A stretch of 64,000 nt of DNA, taken from Desulfobacterales bacterium (lineage in GTDB: Bacteria > Desulfobacterota > Desulfobacteria > Desulfobacterales > UBA2174). Positions 49,230 through 60,011 of the stretch are shown here, one piece after another; position 1 is the first letter of the stretch; every line of letters begins with the position of its first letter. Location of the stretch: positions 384,001 through 448,000 of the forward strand of contig CAXXWC010000018.1 of assembly GCA_963668645.2 (NCBI GenBank). The letters are read 5' to 3'. The translations under genes and the position numbers were made by a program. The notes beneath the pieces are model-generated. The model made no database searches. It had not been told where the DNA came from and saw only the letters and a program-made list of their open reading frames with translations.

Positions 49230-50064
49230 TGCGCTCCAGGGCACCAGGCCTTCCGGTCCCAGCCGGATATACCGGCGCTACCTTCGCCAACAACGCAACA
49301 CCCGCTGGATGGTGCGCTTGAGCCAGTTTCTGCTGCTGGTGGCGTTCCTGCTGGTTTGGGAGGTGGCGGCCCGCACCCATGCGGTAAACCCCATGCTGAC
49401 CAGCTACCCGTCGGCCATCTGGCCGACGCTCCTTGAACTGCTCAGTCCGGGGGACCTCAACCGGCAGGGCAACATCATTCATCACACTACCGTCACCTTC
49501 GTGGAAGTGGGCATCAGTTTCATCATTTCCGCGGTCATCGGCATCCTGGCCGGCGCGGCCCTGTGGTGGTCTTCCTTTCTTTACCGGGTTCTCGACCCCT
49601 ATCTGGTGGTGGCCAACGCCATGCCCAAGATCGCGCTGGTGCCCATCTTTTATATCTGGCTGGGCGATACGCTGTCTATATACGGGATCGCCATCGCCAT
49701 CGCCGGTTTCATCACCACCATGATGATCTATTGCGGTTTTCGCGAAACCGATCCGGACAAAATCAAACTGATGCAGGTGCTGGGAGCCAAAAAGTGGCAG
49801 ATTTTCTCCAAACTGGTCTTTCCGGGAAACCTGCCGATCATCACCGCGGCCCTCAAGGCGACCATCGGGCTGGTGCTGGTGGGTGTGATCGTGGGTGAAT
49901 TCCAATCTTCCCGCGCCGGTTTGGGGTACCTGATCATCTATGGCAGTCAGATCTTCCAGATGAACCTGGTGATGACCGCCATCGCCATTTTGGCGGTCAT
50001 GTCCACGCTGATGTACGGCGCGGTCTTTTACCTTGAAATGGCGATCAGCCGCAAAAGACGGTAA
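49162..50064 (+). CDS. ABC transporter permease (NitT/TauT)
   Basis: NAMPKIALVP, LGAKKWQIFSKLVFP, IVGEF..AGLGYLI. Confidence 0.9.
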   Translation: MSTAPQKSENPAARDNPAAARPDALQGTRPSGPSRIYRRYLRQQRNTRWMVRLSQFLLLVAFLLVWEVAARTHAVNPMLTSYPSAIWPTLLELLSPGDLNRQGNIIHHTTVTFVEVGISFIISAVIGILAGAALWWSSFLYRVLDPYLVVANAMPKIALVPIFYIWLGDTLSIYGIAIAIAGFITTMMIYCGFRETDPDKIKLMQVLGAKKWQIFSKLVFPGNLPIITAALKATIGLVLVGVIVGEFQSSRAGLGYLIIYGSQIFQMNLVMTAIAILAVMSTLMYGAVFYLEMAISRKRR

Positions 50065-50076
50065 GGCGGGGTCCTG

Positions 50077-51099
50077 ATGAATGCAGAAACTGTCACGGCC
50101 CGCAGCGTGGTCGAAGCCCTCGACCGGATCACCGGCGGCCGAATTCCGCCGCCCGGAACGCCCATGGTGGCCGGCAGCCATCCCTTTGTCGTGAAACGGA
50201 CATCAGGCCTGGCCGGCAAGGCCGTTCTCGAAACACCGGGGCTGGTGGTGGGCGATCCGGGTAAACCGATCGGATCCATGGGCATCGCCATGACCTTGAC
50301 CGAGAGCGTCATCGAACTTGCCGGGGCCATGGGGCTGGATGCCATCCTGACCCATCATCCGGTTGCCGATGCGGCCAGTGCCGGCGGGGTCCCGTTGCGG
50401 CCCTACCTCGATCTTTATCACCTGGCGCTTTTCGAACTGCATGAAGCCTTCCACGGGCTGCATCCCGGGATCGCCTACCTCCACGGCCACCGCGTGGTGG
50501 AATGCGACATCCATTTTTCGGGCATGCCGGGCAATGTCGTTTTTTTCGGGCACGCCCTGCCGGATGTGCATACGGCCGGAGACATCCTGACCCGCCTGGC
50601 GGCTTTCATGGACCGGGAGGCCGAAAGCCGGCTCCTGGCCCTGGAGGCCGATATCCGCGGGTGTGCGAACATCCGGGAGACCACCCTGGCGGCACCGGCC
50701 CGGATTCTGGTCGGTGGTGTCCGAGCGCCGGTGAGCCGGATCCTGCACGTTTTCCCTCACACGGGATTTACGGCCCGGCATCTTGGCATGGCCCTGGAGC
50801 GGTTTGCGCAGGTCGACACGGTTATCGTCTCCATAAGCCGCGTGCTACCCGACAGCGAACTTGCGGCGGTTATCCGGGACAGGGGGCTGACCCTGGTGGC
50901 CGGCAATTCACATGCCCAGGAAATATACGAAAACGGCCTGCCCCTGGCTTATGCCCTGCAGCGCGAATTGCCGCGGGTCGATTTTGTCATACTCAAAGAG
51001 CGGATCACGGCGGTTCCGCTGCGGCATTTCGGAAACCGGCAGATCCAGCAATACGCCCGGCAGATGGCGGCCAGGTTGGGCCGGCCGGTACAGGATTGA
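50077..51099 (+). CDS. Nif3-like dinuclear metal centre protein
   Basis: AMTLTESVIE, DAILTHHP, LHEAFHGLH, GNSHAQE. Confidence 0.75.
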   Translation: MNAETVTARSVVEALDRITGGRIPPPGTPMVAGSHPFVVKRTSGLAGKAVLETPGLVVGDPGKPIGSMGIAMTLTESVIELAGAMGLDAILTHHPVADAASAGGVPLRPYLDLYHLALFELHEAFHGLHPGIAYLHGHRVVECDIHFSGMPGNVVFFGHALPDVHTAGDILTRLAAFMDREAESRLLALEADIRGCANIRETTLAAPARILVGGVRAPVSRILHVFPHTGFTARHLGMALERFAQVDTVIVSISRVLPDSELAAVIRDRGLTLVAGNSHAQEIYENGLPLAYALQRELPRVDFVILKERITAVPLRHFGNRQIQQYARQMAARLGRPVQD

Positions 51100-51162
51100 G
51101 CCGATGGCAACGCCGGTTTAGTGCGCCAGGCTGCCACCGGATATCAAGAGAGGAGCAAAGCC

Positions 51163-52443
51163 ATGAAAATCGTTGTCGTGGGCGGCGGGTGGGCCGGATG
51201 CGCCGCCGCGCTGGCCGCAGAAAAGCAGGGCGCTGAAGTCGTCTTGATCGAACGCACCGATATGCTGCTGGGCACAGGCCTGGTGGGCGGCATCATGCGC
51301 AACAACGGACGGTTCACCGCCACAGAAGAGATGATCGCCATGGGCGGCGGTGAACTCTTTGCACTCTGCGACCAGAATTCGCTTCACCGCGGCATTGATT
51401 TTCCCGGGCACCGCCACGCCTCCATCTACAACGTTGCCAGCATGGAGCCGATGGTTAAGCGCTTTCTTCAGCGGCAGGGGGTCGGCATTGAAACCGAGAC
51501 ACGGATAACGGATGTGGAAATGGGCGGCGGCCGCATCCGGACGATTTCGGCAAAGCGCAAAAGTGATGAATCCTGCGTCTTTGCCGGTGATGCCTTCATC
51601 GACACCACCGGCACTGCGGGGCCGCCGTCAAGCTGCAACAAATACGGCAACGGCTGCGCCATGTGCGTGTTGCGCTGCCACACCTTCGGTGGCAGGGTGA
51701 GCCTGGCCGCCAAGGCCGGCGTAAAAGAGATGGTGGGCCGCAAAGGGAGTCGCAGTGGTGCCATGAGCGGTTCGTGCAAACTGCTCAAAGAGTCGCTGTC
51801 GGAAGAAATTAGAAAGACCCTTGACAGGGAAGGGGTGGCGGTGATCCCCCTTCCCGAATCTCTGATTCTCAGGGGCAAGCTGGAGCTGAAATGCTGTCAG
51901 CAGTATGCCCTGCCCGAATTCGAGCGAAACATCGTTCTGCTCGACACCGGTCATGCCAAGCTGATGAGCCCGTTTTTTCCCCTCGATTTGTTGCGAGAAA
52001 TCCCCGGACTTGAAAACGCGCGCTACGAAGACCCCTATGCGGGTGGGCGCGGCAATTCGATGCGCTATTTTGCAATGTCTCCCCGGGACGACAGCCTGAA
52101 AGTGGACGGTGTCGAGAACCTGTTTTGTGCGGGTGAAAAGGCCGGCCTGCTGGTGGGCCACACCGAAGCCATCTGCACAGGAACCCTGGCCGGCTACAAC
52201 GCCGTTCGGTATGCCAGCCGGCAAAAACCGCTGATACTGTCCGATTCCCTGGCGGTGGGTGATGCCATCTTCCATGTCAGATCCCAGATGCAGGATCAAG
52301 GCATCCTGGACCTGAAATACACTTTTTCCGGCTCCGTCTTTTTCGAACGCATGAAGAAGCGCAACCTCTACACCACCGATGTCGATACGATCCGAAAGCG
52401 GGTCGCTGAGGCCGGGATGGAAGGGATATTTTCGAAGGTGTAA
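51163..52443 (+). CDS. FAD-dependent oxidoreductase, GidA/TrmFO-like, Cys-rich
   Basis: IVVVGGGWAG, IDTTG, CNKYGNGCAMCVLRC, IPGLENA, NLFCAGE..GHTEA; AGGAG RBS. Confidence 0.82.
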   Translation: MKIVVVGGGWAGCAAALAAEKQGAEVVLIERTDMLLGTGLVGGIMRNNGRFTATEEMIAMGGGELFALCDQNSLHRGIDFPGHRHASIYNVASMEPMVKRFLQRQGVGIETETRITDVEMGGGRIRTISAKRKSDESCVFAGDAFIDTTGTAGPPSSCNKYGNGCAMCVLRCHTFGGRVSLAAKAGVKEMVGRKGSRSGAMSGSCKLLKESLSEEIRKTLDREGVAVIPLPESLILRGKLELKCCQQYALPEFERNIVLLDTGHAKLMSPFFPLDLLREIPGLENARYEDPYAGGRGNSMRYFAMSPRDDSLKVDGVENLFCAGEKAGLLVGHTEAICTGTLAGYNAVRYASRQKPLILSDSLAVGDAIFHVRSQMQDQGILDLKYTFSGSVFFERMKKRNLYTTDVDTIRKRVAEAGMEGIFSKV

Positions 52444-52445
52444 AA

Positions 52446-54344
52446 TCAGTCTAAATTTTTTTCCCGTTGATCGAGAGCGTTTCGGACCGCATTGGCCAGT
52501 TCATGGAAATTGACCGGTTTCATCAAAATCTTGCTGATGCCCAGTCTCTTGAGATCGCATTTGGCAACCGGTGAACTGAATCCGGAGCAAATGATGATGG
52601 GAATATCCGGCCGCATGGCCTTGATTTCCTCGGCAAGAGCGGCGCCGTTCATATGCGGCATACTGACGTCCGTAAGAACGAGGTCATACTTTTTGGGGCG
52701 GGCACGAAAAGCTTCGATCGCATCGTAGGGATTCAGTCTGGTTTCAACTATATATCCCAGGCGCTGCAGCAAGTCCTTGCCTATTTCGACCAGGGCGACT
52801 TCATCGTCAACCAGCAAAATGGTTTCTTTGCCTTTTGGGAAGGTTGCCGGTTCTACGGGGACATTTCCAGTCAACTCTTGGACGACAGGGAAAAGTGCCT
52901 CGAACTTGGTTCCGAATCCGGCTCTACTCTCGACGCTGATATCACCGCCATGGGCCTTGATGATTCCATGCACCGTAGACAGACCCATACCGTTCCCTTC
53001 TCCGCGAGGTTTGGTGGTAAAGTACGGTTCGAATATGTGCGAGAGAGTATCTTCATCCATCCCGTGCCCTGTATCCTCAACGCGCAGTTTGAGGTAGGGT
53101 CCGGGCCGCAGGTCGGTATCGAAAAGCCTGTCGTTGTATTCCAGCAGAACCGGGGAGAGTGAAACCTCGAGAATCCCGCCTTTGGCCTTCATGGCGTAAA
53201 GCGCGTTGCTGCACAGGTTCATGACAACCTGGTGAATTTGTGTTTTCTGGGCCATCACGGAACCGAGGTCGGACGGTATGTCTTCTCTGATCTCGATATG
53301 TTTTGGCGTCGATACCTTGACCAGCTTCAAGGCGATGGCGACTTCGTGGCTCAGATCGGTGGGCTTTTTTTCCATCGTGTTTTGCCTGCTGAACTGGAGG
53401 ATCTGCATAACAAGATCCTTGGCACGCTCGATGGCAACAAATAGCTGGTCGAGGTAGTTTCGATTTTTTGAGTTCGGCTGGCATGAAAGCTTTGTCAATT
53501 CGGCATATCCGGTGATCGCGCTAAGAATGTTGTTGAAATCATGAGCGATACCTCCGGCAAGGGCCCCCAGGGCCTCCATCTTGTGCCTCTGCATGAGAAG
53601 TGCTTTGATTTTTTCATTTTCAATCTCGGACTGAGTGCGTTCGGAAATGTCTTGAACAAACGTGACTGCAAAACACTTGTTATTGCATTTAAACAGGTTG
53701 GAGATCACTTCCACCGGAACTGTGGTGCCGTTTTTCTTCCGGTGCAATGTTTCAAATTTGAATATGTTCTTTCTAAGAAGGGTGCCCCACTGTTTTTTGA
53801 GTTTATCGGCGTCAACCGTGGGATCAAGGTCACCTACTGACATGCTGCACAGTTCCTCTCGGCTATAGCCGAGAAGAAGGCAAGCATACTCGTTGGCATT
53901 GATAATCTTTCCATTCGAGTCTATGCGATAAATTGCATAGGATGCCTTTTCGAAAATGAATTTTGCAATCTCCAACTCATCTTCAATATTTTTTCTGTGG
54001 CTGATATCCATAACGAAAGAAGTCGCAAAAGTCTGGCCGTCAAGCTTCATTGGTTTGGTTACGATTTCAACTGGGAAAGTGGTTTCATCTTTCCTGTGGA
54101 ATATACTTTCGAAAGTACCGGTTTCTTCCTTGCCAGTTGTTTGCCAGGATGACTCCAGTTTCTCACGGGTTAACGAAGGGGCGATGTCAAAAATATACAT
54201 GTTGCGGAGTTCTTCACAAGAATAGCCCAGAATTTCTGCCGCTTTAAGGTTGACATCCAAAAAACGGCCGTTTTCTCGATAACAAAGGATCGGTAAGGAA
54301 GCCTGCTCAAAGAAGAGTTGCTTCAATTGTGCCGAGAGTTCCAT
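52446..54344 (-). CDS. Hybrid sensor histidine kinase (2 PAS + HisKA + receiver)
   Basis: Two PAS repeats, LAGGIAHDFNN, NLCSNA, DTGHG, FEPYFTTK, GMGLS, ILLVDDE, LTDVSMP. Confidence 0.95.
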   Translation of the reverse strand: MELSAQLKQLFFEQASLPILCYRENGRFLDVNLKAAEILGYSCEELRNMYIFDIAPSLTREKLESSWQTTGKEETGTFESIFHRKDETTFPVEIVTKPMKLDGQTFATSFVMDISHRKNIEDELEIAKFIFEKASYAIYRIDSNGKIINANEYACLLLGYSREELCSMSVGDLDPTVDADKLKKQWGTLLRKNIFKFETLHRKKNGTTVPVEVISNLFKCNNKCFAVTFVQDISERTQSEIENEKIKALLMQRHKMEALGALAGGIAHDFNNILSAITGYAELTKLSCQPNSKNRNYLDQLFVAIERAKDLVMQILQFSRQNTMEKKPTDLSHEVAIALKLVKVSTPKHIEIREDIPSDLGSVMAQKTQIHQVVMNLCSNALYAMKAKGGILEVSLSPVLLEYNDRLFDTDLRPGPYLKLRVEDTGHGMDEDTLSHIFEPYFTTKPRGEGNGMGLSTVHGIIKAHGGDISVESRAGFGTKFEALFPVVQELTGNVPVEPATFPKGKETILLVDDEVALVEIGKDLLQRLGYIVETRLNPYDAIEAFRARPKKYDLVLTDVSMPHMNGAALAEEIKAMRPDIPIIICSGFSSPVAKCDLKRLGISKILMKPVNFHELANAVRNALDQREKNLD

Positions 54345-54984
54345 CGTATCAATTTGCCTTTCACTTTGGATTGAGAAAGTATTTGTCTGATTTCTATTGC
54401 CAGGACCTTTCCTGAGACTAAATGTTGATCCTCATCGAAATGAACCATCGGCGCGGCTGGTTTTTGTAACCGACCGGTATCGCAATCAACCGCCGATTTT
54501 GGGGGCACAATCTCGATTTTCTTCGTCCAACCGTACGTCACGGGGCCCGGGGAGCGCTGAAAGGGGCGGCCGCGGCCTGTGAAACGTTTAATTTGCCGGA
54601 ATCTTCGGTCAAGATTGTTTTGCCGCCCGGATATTGCTGATCGTATAAAGTCAGGAGAGCCGCAGCAATGGCTTTCGCATGGGAGGGTGTCGCCCAAAAG
54701 GCTAAGCATTAAAGAGGCACTATACATCAACACCTCGTCGGCTATGGGAATGAATAGCCGGCAGTTCAAAGATGGCTATAGAAAAGTGCACCGGCGGCTC
54801 ATTGCGTCTGAAACGCTCAAATTTGGTAAAATTAACGCATGATGCTTACAATGTCAATTTCAGCATTTTATCCGTTGTTCAACAAATAAATCCCGAGTGT
54901 TGTGGGTAACACTCGTCTTTCTATCGGTTTTTCCAGGACTTTATTTCTTTGCGACAGTTTCTATCTATTTTATTTCTAGTTTTT

Positions 54985-56526
54985 AACCCTACAACGCAAC
55001 TAAAGGTTATTTGACAATCTCAGCCAGTCGCTTTTTCCGGTGCGATAGATAGGCACGGTGGTTTTTATCTTGCACCCAGATGATTTGCGCAATCAGGGTG
55101 TCGAGTGTGTGTTTGCGCATGGGTAGTAGCAGTCTGATCAGCACTCTAAGCTGCGACAGCGTAATAGATGGTGCTTTTTTTCCCCAACCTGATTTTCAGG
55201 TGCCAGAGGAAAAAGTGGGCCATTATGCACGTGAGTATGTGGTGGTGCCAGCCCGGAAACTTTCTGACCTCATAGTGATCCATGCCCAGTTCGGTTTTGG
55301 TTTCCTCGAAACACTGCTCGATGGCCCAGCGCATCCCGCTTAGCCAAATCAGGGGCTTGAGCCGAATGCTGGGGGAGGCGTTGCTGATATAATAGGAATA
55401 GTGCCGATCCTCCCCGAGGGTGCGCCGGATCAGCAACCAAGCGGCTTTCCCAGGCATCTTATCGGCTGGAAGGATGATCCTGCGCCGGGTGAATTCATAA
55501 ACGATCGGCCCCTTGGTGCCTTCGGAAACCTCGCGGCGGTACCAGAAATAGTCGTTGATGTTTTTTGCCAACGCCTCGACGCTCATCGGTTTGCTGTCGG
55601 CATCGGCCAGCACGGTTTTCGTCCGGGTCGTTCCGCCCCATCGATACTGTCGGGTAATAGTCATGGGTTTCTTGAGCCAGCACAAGGTCGTCTTGGTCAC
55701 TGATACCAGATAGGTCGTATCCGGCAACGATTCCACAGCGCCGATGAATTCCGGACTCATACCGTAGATCGAATCGGCCAGTACATATTTGAACGGCAGC
55801 AGCTTTTCCCGGCGGATTTCTTCAAGCATTTCGGCGGCAAGCTGCGGCTTGGTCCGAAAAACGACATCCTCCGGCATTTTACACTTTTGCCTTCGCAGGG
55901 CATGTTCATCCGAAAACCATTTTTCGGGTACAAACAGCCGCTTGTTGACCAAGGCATACCCTTTTTCGGAAGCGTAGGCGGCAAAGACGCCGACCTGGCA
56001 GTTGTCGACTTTGCCGATGTTGCCGCAGTATTGGCGGGCGACTCCCACGGATTCGTCTCCCTTTTTGACAAAGCCGCTCTCATCGAAGATCAGGACGCCA
56101 TCGGGGCTTCCGAGATCGTCATTTACAAGACTACGATATTTGATTTCGATATTTGTGTCATCCCAAGGTGCTTCACTGACAAACCGTTGCAATGCCCTGA
56201 CATTTCCATTTTCGACGGCAAGGGCGATTGGTTCAATGGATTTTCTTTCCAACGGGCTGAACTGCCCAACCATGTAATTGAAGAAATGTTCTCTGGACTC
56301 ACTGCGTTGGAAACAATCGTAAAACTGTTCATGAAAGCCTCTGAGTTCGCTCATGAAATCTTTGATATCACCCCGAGCGAGATCAAATTTTGGAACATCG
56401 TATAGGTATTCGTCATGACGGCAACTGGGTAGCATGGTCTGCCTCCTATATGTGGGTTGTTGCGTAGTATGGCAGGATGCTACGAAAAAATCAAGTGTTA
56501 ATCATGACAAGTTGCGTTGTAGGGTT
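54985..56526 (-). mobile_element. IS701-family insertion sequence
   Basis: 17-bp perfect terminal IRs AACCCTACAACGCAACT (54985-55001) and AGTTGCGTTGTAGGGTT (56510-56526) flank the transposase. Confidence 0.9.
55007..56435 (-). CDS. IS701 transposase; ORF 55146-56435 extended to 55007 by a probable -1 frameshift
   Basis: RKSIEPIA, FDESGFVKKG..VGVARQYCG..GKVDNCQ, ADSIYG, RWAIEQCFEETKTELGMDHYEVR; A7G at 55174-55181, then KKAPSITLSQLR...HRKKRL. Confidence 0.88.
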
Positions 56527-57734
56527 GACCTCACCGTGGATCTGACCTTCTACGACACCACTACGGCCTCGTTCCATGTCGATCAGGAAGATGACGGTGA
56601 CCGGCACGCCAACACCACCTTGCGCAAGTTCGGCCGCAACAAGGAAGGCACCTGGTCGCCTCAAGTCGTCGTGGCCCTGGCCGTGACCCGCCAAGGTATC
56701 CCGGTGCGCAGTTGGGTGCTGCCGGGCAACACGGCCGATGTGACCACTGTCGAAAAGATCTGTACTGACCTGCGGGGCTGGAACCTGGGTCGCGCCTTGT
56801 TTGTCGCCGACGCGGGCATGAATTCGCAAACCAACCGCGAAGAACTGGCCCGGGCCTGCGGCAAGTACCTTCTGGCCTGCCGGATGGCCAGCGTGGCCGA
56901 GATCAAACGCGATGTGCTGAGCAAACGCGGCCGCTACACCGTCATCCGCGACAACCTGCACGCCAAGGAGGTCATCGTCGGAGACGGCGAACGGCGCAAG
57001 CGTTACATCCTGTGCTACAACCCCAAGGAAGCCAAACGCCAGCGGCTACACCGTGAAACGATCGTTCAGATGCTCGAAACCGAACTCGATCGGCACCCGG
57101 ACCCATCGGCCACGGCCCAGTGGGCGATCGAGCTGTTGGCCTCGGCGCGTTTCAAGCGGTATCTGCGCATCACCAAGGGCAACCAGGTCCGAATCGACCG
57201 GGCGGCCATCAAGGCGGCGGCCAAGTACGATGGCAAATGGGTGGTGGAAACCAACGACGATACCATCAGCCTTGAAGACGCCGTCTGCGGGTACAAAGGG
57301 TTGATGGTCATCGAGCGCTGCTTTCGCTCGCTCAAGCGCACCCAGATCAAGATGATGCCGATGTACCACTGGGCCTCGCGGCGCATTGAGGCCCATGTGA
57401 AGATCTGTGTGCTGGCGCTGATGATCGAGCGGGTGGCCGAACTCGAATGCGGCCTGCCCTGGCACCGAATTCGCCGGTCGCTGGACAAGCTACAGGTCAC
57501 AAAACTTTGCAATTTAAATTCCCGTGTGCTTATGCGCAACGAGATCCCCGCCAAAACTGACAACATACTGAAAGCGCTTAAAATCAAAGCTCCGCAGCAG
57601 GTTCTTTCACTGGAAAATCGGCCCTAAAAAGGGGCGAAAATTGTAGACACACGCTGAATTTCATTCATCGGCACAGATGCACGCCAGATAAGGGTTTGCG
57701 CCAATTCCGTGTTCCTACGTTTCCCAAACCTAAG
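56527..57734 (+). mobile_element. 5'-truncated IS1634-family element (transposase remnant ends 57627)
   Basis: VDLTFYDTT, QVVVALAVTRQGIP, PGNTAD, VADAGM, YDGKW, IERCFRSLK, HVKICVLA; N-terminal half missing at the IS701 junction; probable right end CCCAAACCTAAG near 57734. Confidence 0.82.
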
Positions 57735-57988
57735 TGTTAGCCACGGCCATCAAAGTCTTGGCAACCGGATGGCGGCAAAAAGCGCCGGCAACCTGAAAAA
57801 TAAATTAAAAAGTATCACCGCCCCGCTCTGATGATCCTTACCAGTATTTTGGATACTGTCATTTTTCTCTACAATTTAGCTCTGCTTACAAAAGCGCTAT
57901 CATGTGTATTATCATATAGTTAGAATATTCCAATGGCCTTTTGACACAGCCTTGTCAGAAGAGCTTTAAAAATGATTCGTTTTTTTGC

Positions 57989-58017
57989 TTGACAGGGAAT
58001 TGTATACAGAGTACAGT
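57989..58017 (+). promoter_or_regulatory. Sigma70 promoter with a GntR-type operator in the spacer
   Basis: TTGACA (57989-57994), 17 bp, TACAGT; palindrome TGTATACA at 58001-58008. Confidence 0.65.
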
Positions 58018-58034
58018 TGGCAAAGTTCAGTTAG

Positions 58035-58098
58035 CAAAGTACAAAGTACAAAGTACAAAGTGCAAAGTGCAAAGTGCAATGACAATGACAATGACAAT
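58035..58098 (+). repeat. Compound tandem repeat (CAAAGTR)6 (CAATGA)3
   Basis: CAAAGTA x3, CAAAGTG x3, CAATGA x3 plus CAAT, read directly from sequence. Confidence 0.9.
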
Positions 58099-58113
58099 TG
58101 CAGTGGAGAAACT

Positions 58114-58800
58114 ATGCAAATTGAAAGCCTAACCCAATTAGTGATCGATTACGTAAGAGATAGAATTGTTACGGGAGTGTTTCCTCCTGGATCAAAACTC
58201 AATGAAAGTGAAATCGCCTCTTCTTTGGGAATAAGCAGGCATCCGCTACGAGAGGCTTTAAAAGTTCTTGAAAGCGAATTTTTGGTTTTCAGTGTTCCAA
58301 GAAAAGGAAGTTATGTTAAAGATTTATCGGCTGATGATGTAGCAGAGCTCACTCAGTCAAGGGGAATGGTTGAGTGCTATGCTATAGATTACCTTAAATC
58401 CAAAAAAATTAAAAAATTTCCACTTGTAGAAAAGGCATTGAAGGCAGAATGCGACATACCTTATCCTTCTAAAGAAAAAATGGATGAAATACTTGCTTAT
58501 CATAAGGTGTTTAATGATTTCCATCTTGCATTGGTAAAATCGACTGAAAATTACAGAATTGCTCATTTTTATAATGCAATAAGCAAAAATCTAATACGGT
58601 ATCAATTGATATATTTGTTCATTCCCGGATTTGCGATGCAATCGGTGAATGATCACCAGAAAATTTTTGATTTAATGAAAAGCGGCGAATATATAAAGGC
58701 TAGAAAATTATTATTATCGCATATCAATAAAACTAACAATATTCTCGAAGAAAGAATTTTCAATGAAAAAGCTAAAAAGCCACTTGGCTCGAAAAGTTAA
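58114..58800 (+). CDS. GntR (FCD) family regulator
   Basis: VRDRIVTGVFPPGSKLNESEIASSLGISRHPLREALKVLE; GGAG RBS before ATG 58114. Confidence 0.9.
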   Translation: MQIESLTQLVIDYVRDRIVTGVFPPGSKLNESEIASSLGISRHPLREALKVLESEFLVFSVPRKGSYVKDLSADDVAELTQSRGMVECYAIDYLKSKKIKKFPLVEKALKAECDIPYPSKEKMDEILAYHKVFNDFHLALVKSTENYRIAHFYNAISKNLIRYQLIYLFIPGFAMQSVNDHQKIFDLMKSGEYIKARKLLLSHINKTNNILEERIFNEKAKKPLGSKS

Positions 58801-58826
58801 TTAAAGCGAGTGAAGAATGTTCAGGA

Positions 58827-58863
58827 GGAAAAAGAAATGGAAAAAGAAATGGAAAAAGAAATG
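58827..58863 (+). repeat. 12-bp tandem triplication at the gene start
   Basis: GGAAAAAGAAAT x3, giving ATGs at 58837, 58849 and 58861. Confidence 0.85.
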
Positions 58864-59883
58864 AGTTCCTATGACCGAGTAATGGCGGCAATTAATGGTG
58901 AAAAAGCCGATCGTGTTCCAGTATTCCCAATTGTCAGAGAGTGGTGTTTAGAACAGGCACAATTCAAGTTTACCGATGCTATGAAATTTCCTGAAATATA
59001 TGCTTATGCACAGTATTACTGTCTGCAAAAATTCGGATACGATGGGGTTTGGGACCCTCTGGCTGTTCATGCTGAATCCGGTGCAATGGGTAGCGTTATA
59101 GAGCTTGATGAGGGCTACCCTCCGAAGGTCGTTGATAGCCCGATAAAAGATTATAATAAAGATCTCTCGAAGCTTAAAATGCTTGACCCGCAGCAGGATG
59201 GCTGGCTACCTCATATACTGGCTATCATCAAGCAATTAAGGAACCTGTGCAGGGGAAAATATGCGGTAGTGGGGTATGTTCAGGCACCTTTTCGCCATGC
59301 AGCAATGTTGCGAGGGGCGGATTTGATTTACACAGATGTTCGGAAAAAACCGGACGACCTTAAAAAACTATTAAAGATCACTACAGAGAGCCAGATTATA
59401 TGGGCAATGGCCCTAATCGAAGCTGGTGCGGATATCATCTATATGGCGGATCCCACTTCTTCCGGCGACGCCGTATCCAAAAAAGTTTGGGAAGAATTCG
59501 GTGCTCCTTATGTAAAAGAGGTGGTTACAACGATTAAGGCCAACTCTTCGGTCAAAGTCGTACTTCATATATGCGGTGATACAAACGATAGGTTGGAATC
59601 GATGTATAACACCGGGGTAGATTGCCTAAGTGTTGACCAGAAGGTTGATCTTGTTCATGCAAGACAAGTTCTTGGCCCAAAAGCATGCCTTTTTGGAAAT
59701 ATTGATCCGACAGCTCTATTGGCCTTTGCAGGTCCTGATGAGGTTGAAAAAGAAGCAGAGAAATGCATTGAGAAGGCAGGGCAGAATGGTGCCTTTATTC
59801 TTTCCAGCGGTTGCCTTACCACAATGGCGTCGCCGGAAAACATTGAGGCGATGGTAAAGGTTGCAGTCGCACATTCGTATTAG
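58837..59883 (+). CDS. MtaA/CmuA-type (UroD-fold) corrinoid methyltransferase
   Basis: DRVPVFP, VHAESGAMG, APFRHAAMLRG, ADPTSS, Zn motif LHICG and SSGC, GNIDP. Confidence 0.82.
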   Translation: MEKEMEKEMSSYDRVMAAINGEKADRVPVFPIVREWCLEQAQFKFTDAMKFPEIYAYAQYYCLQKFGYDGVWDPLAVHAESGAMGSVIELDEGYPPKVVDSPIKDYNKDLSKLKMLDPQQDGWLPHILAIIKQLRNLCRGKYAVVGYVQAPFRHAAMLRGADLIYTDVRKKPDDLKKLLKITTESQIIWAMALIEAGADIIYMADPTSSGDAVSKKVWEEFGAPYVKEVVTTIKANSSVKVVLHICGDTNDRLESMYNTGVDCLSVDQKVDLVHARQVLGPKACLFGNIDPTALLAFAGPDEVEKEAEKCIEKAGQNGAFILSSGCLTTMASPENIEAMVKVAVAHSY

Positions 59884-60011
59884 AATTTTATGAAAAGGGA
59901 TGATAATAAATTTAACTGTATTAAACCAAGGGGCCGATAGATTTGTTGATTAAACAATGTGCGGACACAGACAGGTATCAAATACTATATATTTAGAAAG
60001 GAAGTGATTTA

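Noticed and set aside
51163..52443. mnmG/trmFO tRNA modification gene
   Set aside because: Shorter than MnmG, Cys-rich insert, and located in a transporter operon
54345..54984. Possible c-di-GMP riboswitch or small gene upstream of the kinase
   Set aside because: Could not find the GEMM consensus (GGCAAA..GAAA..GACGCAAAG) or a convincing ORF
58035..58098. CRISPR array
   Set aside because: 6-7 bp tandem units without spacers; no cas genes. No CRISPR, tRNA or rRNA was recognised anywhere in the window.
58837..59883. hemE uroporphyrinogen decarboxylase
   Set aside because: No RQAGR motif; has the HxC/C zinc motif of MtaA/CmuA
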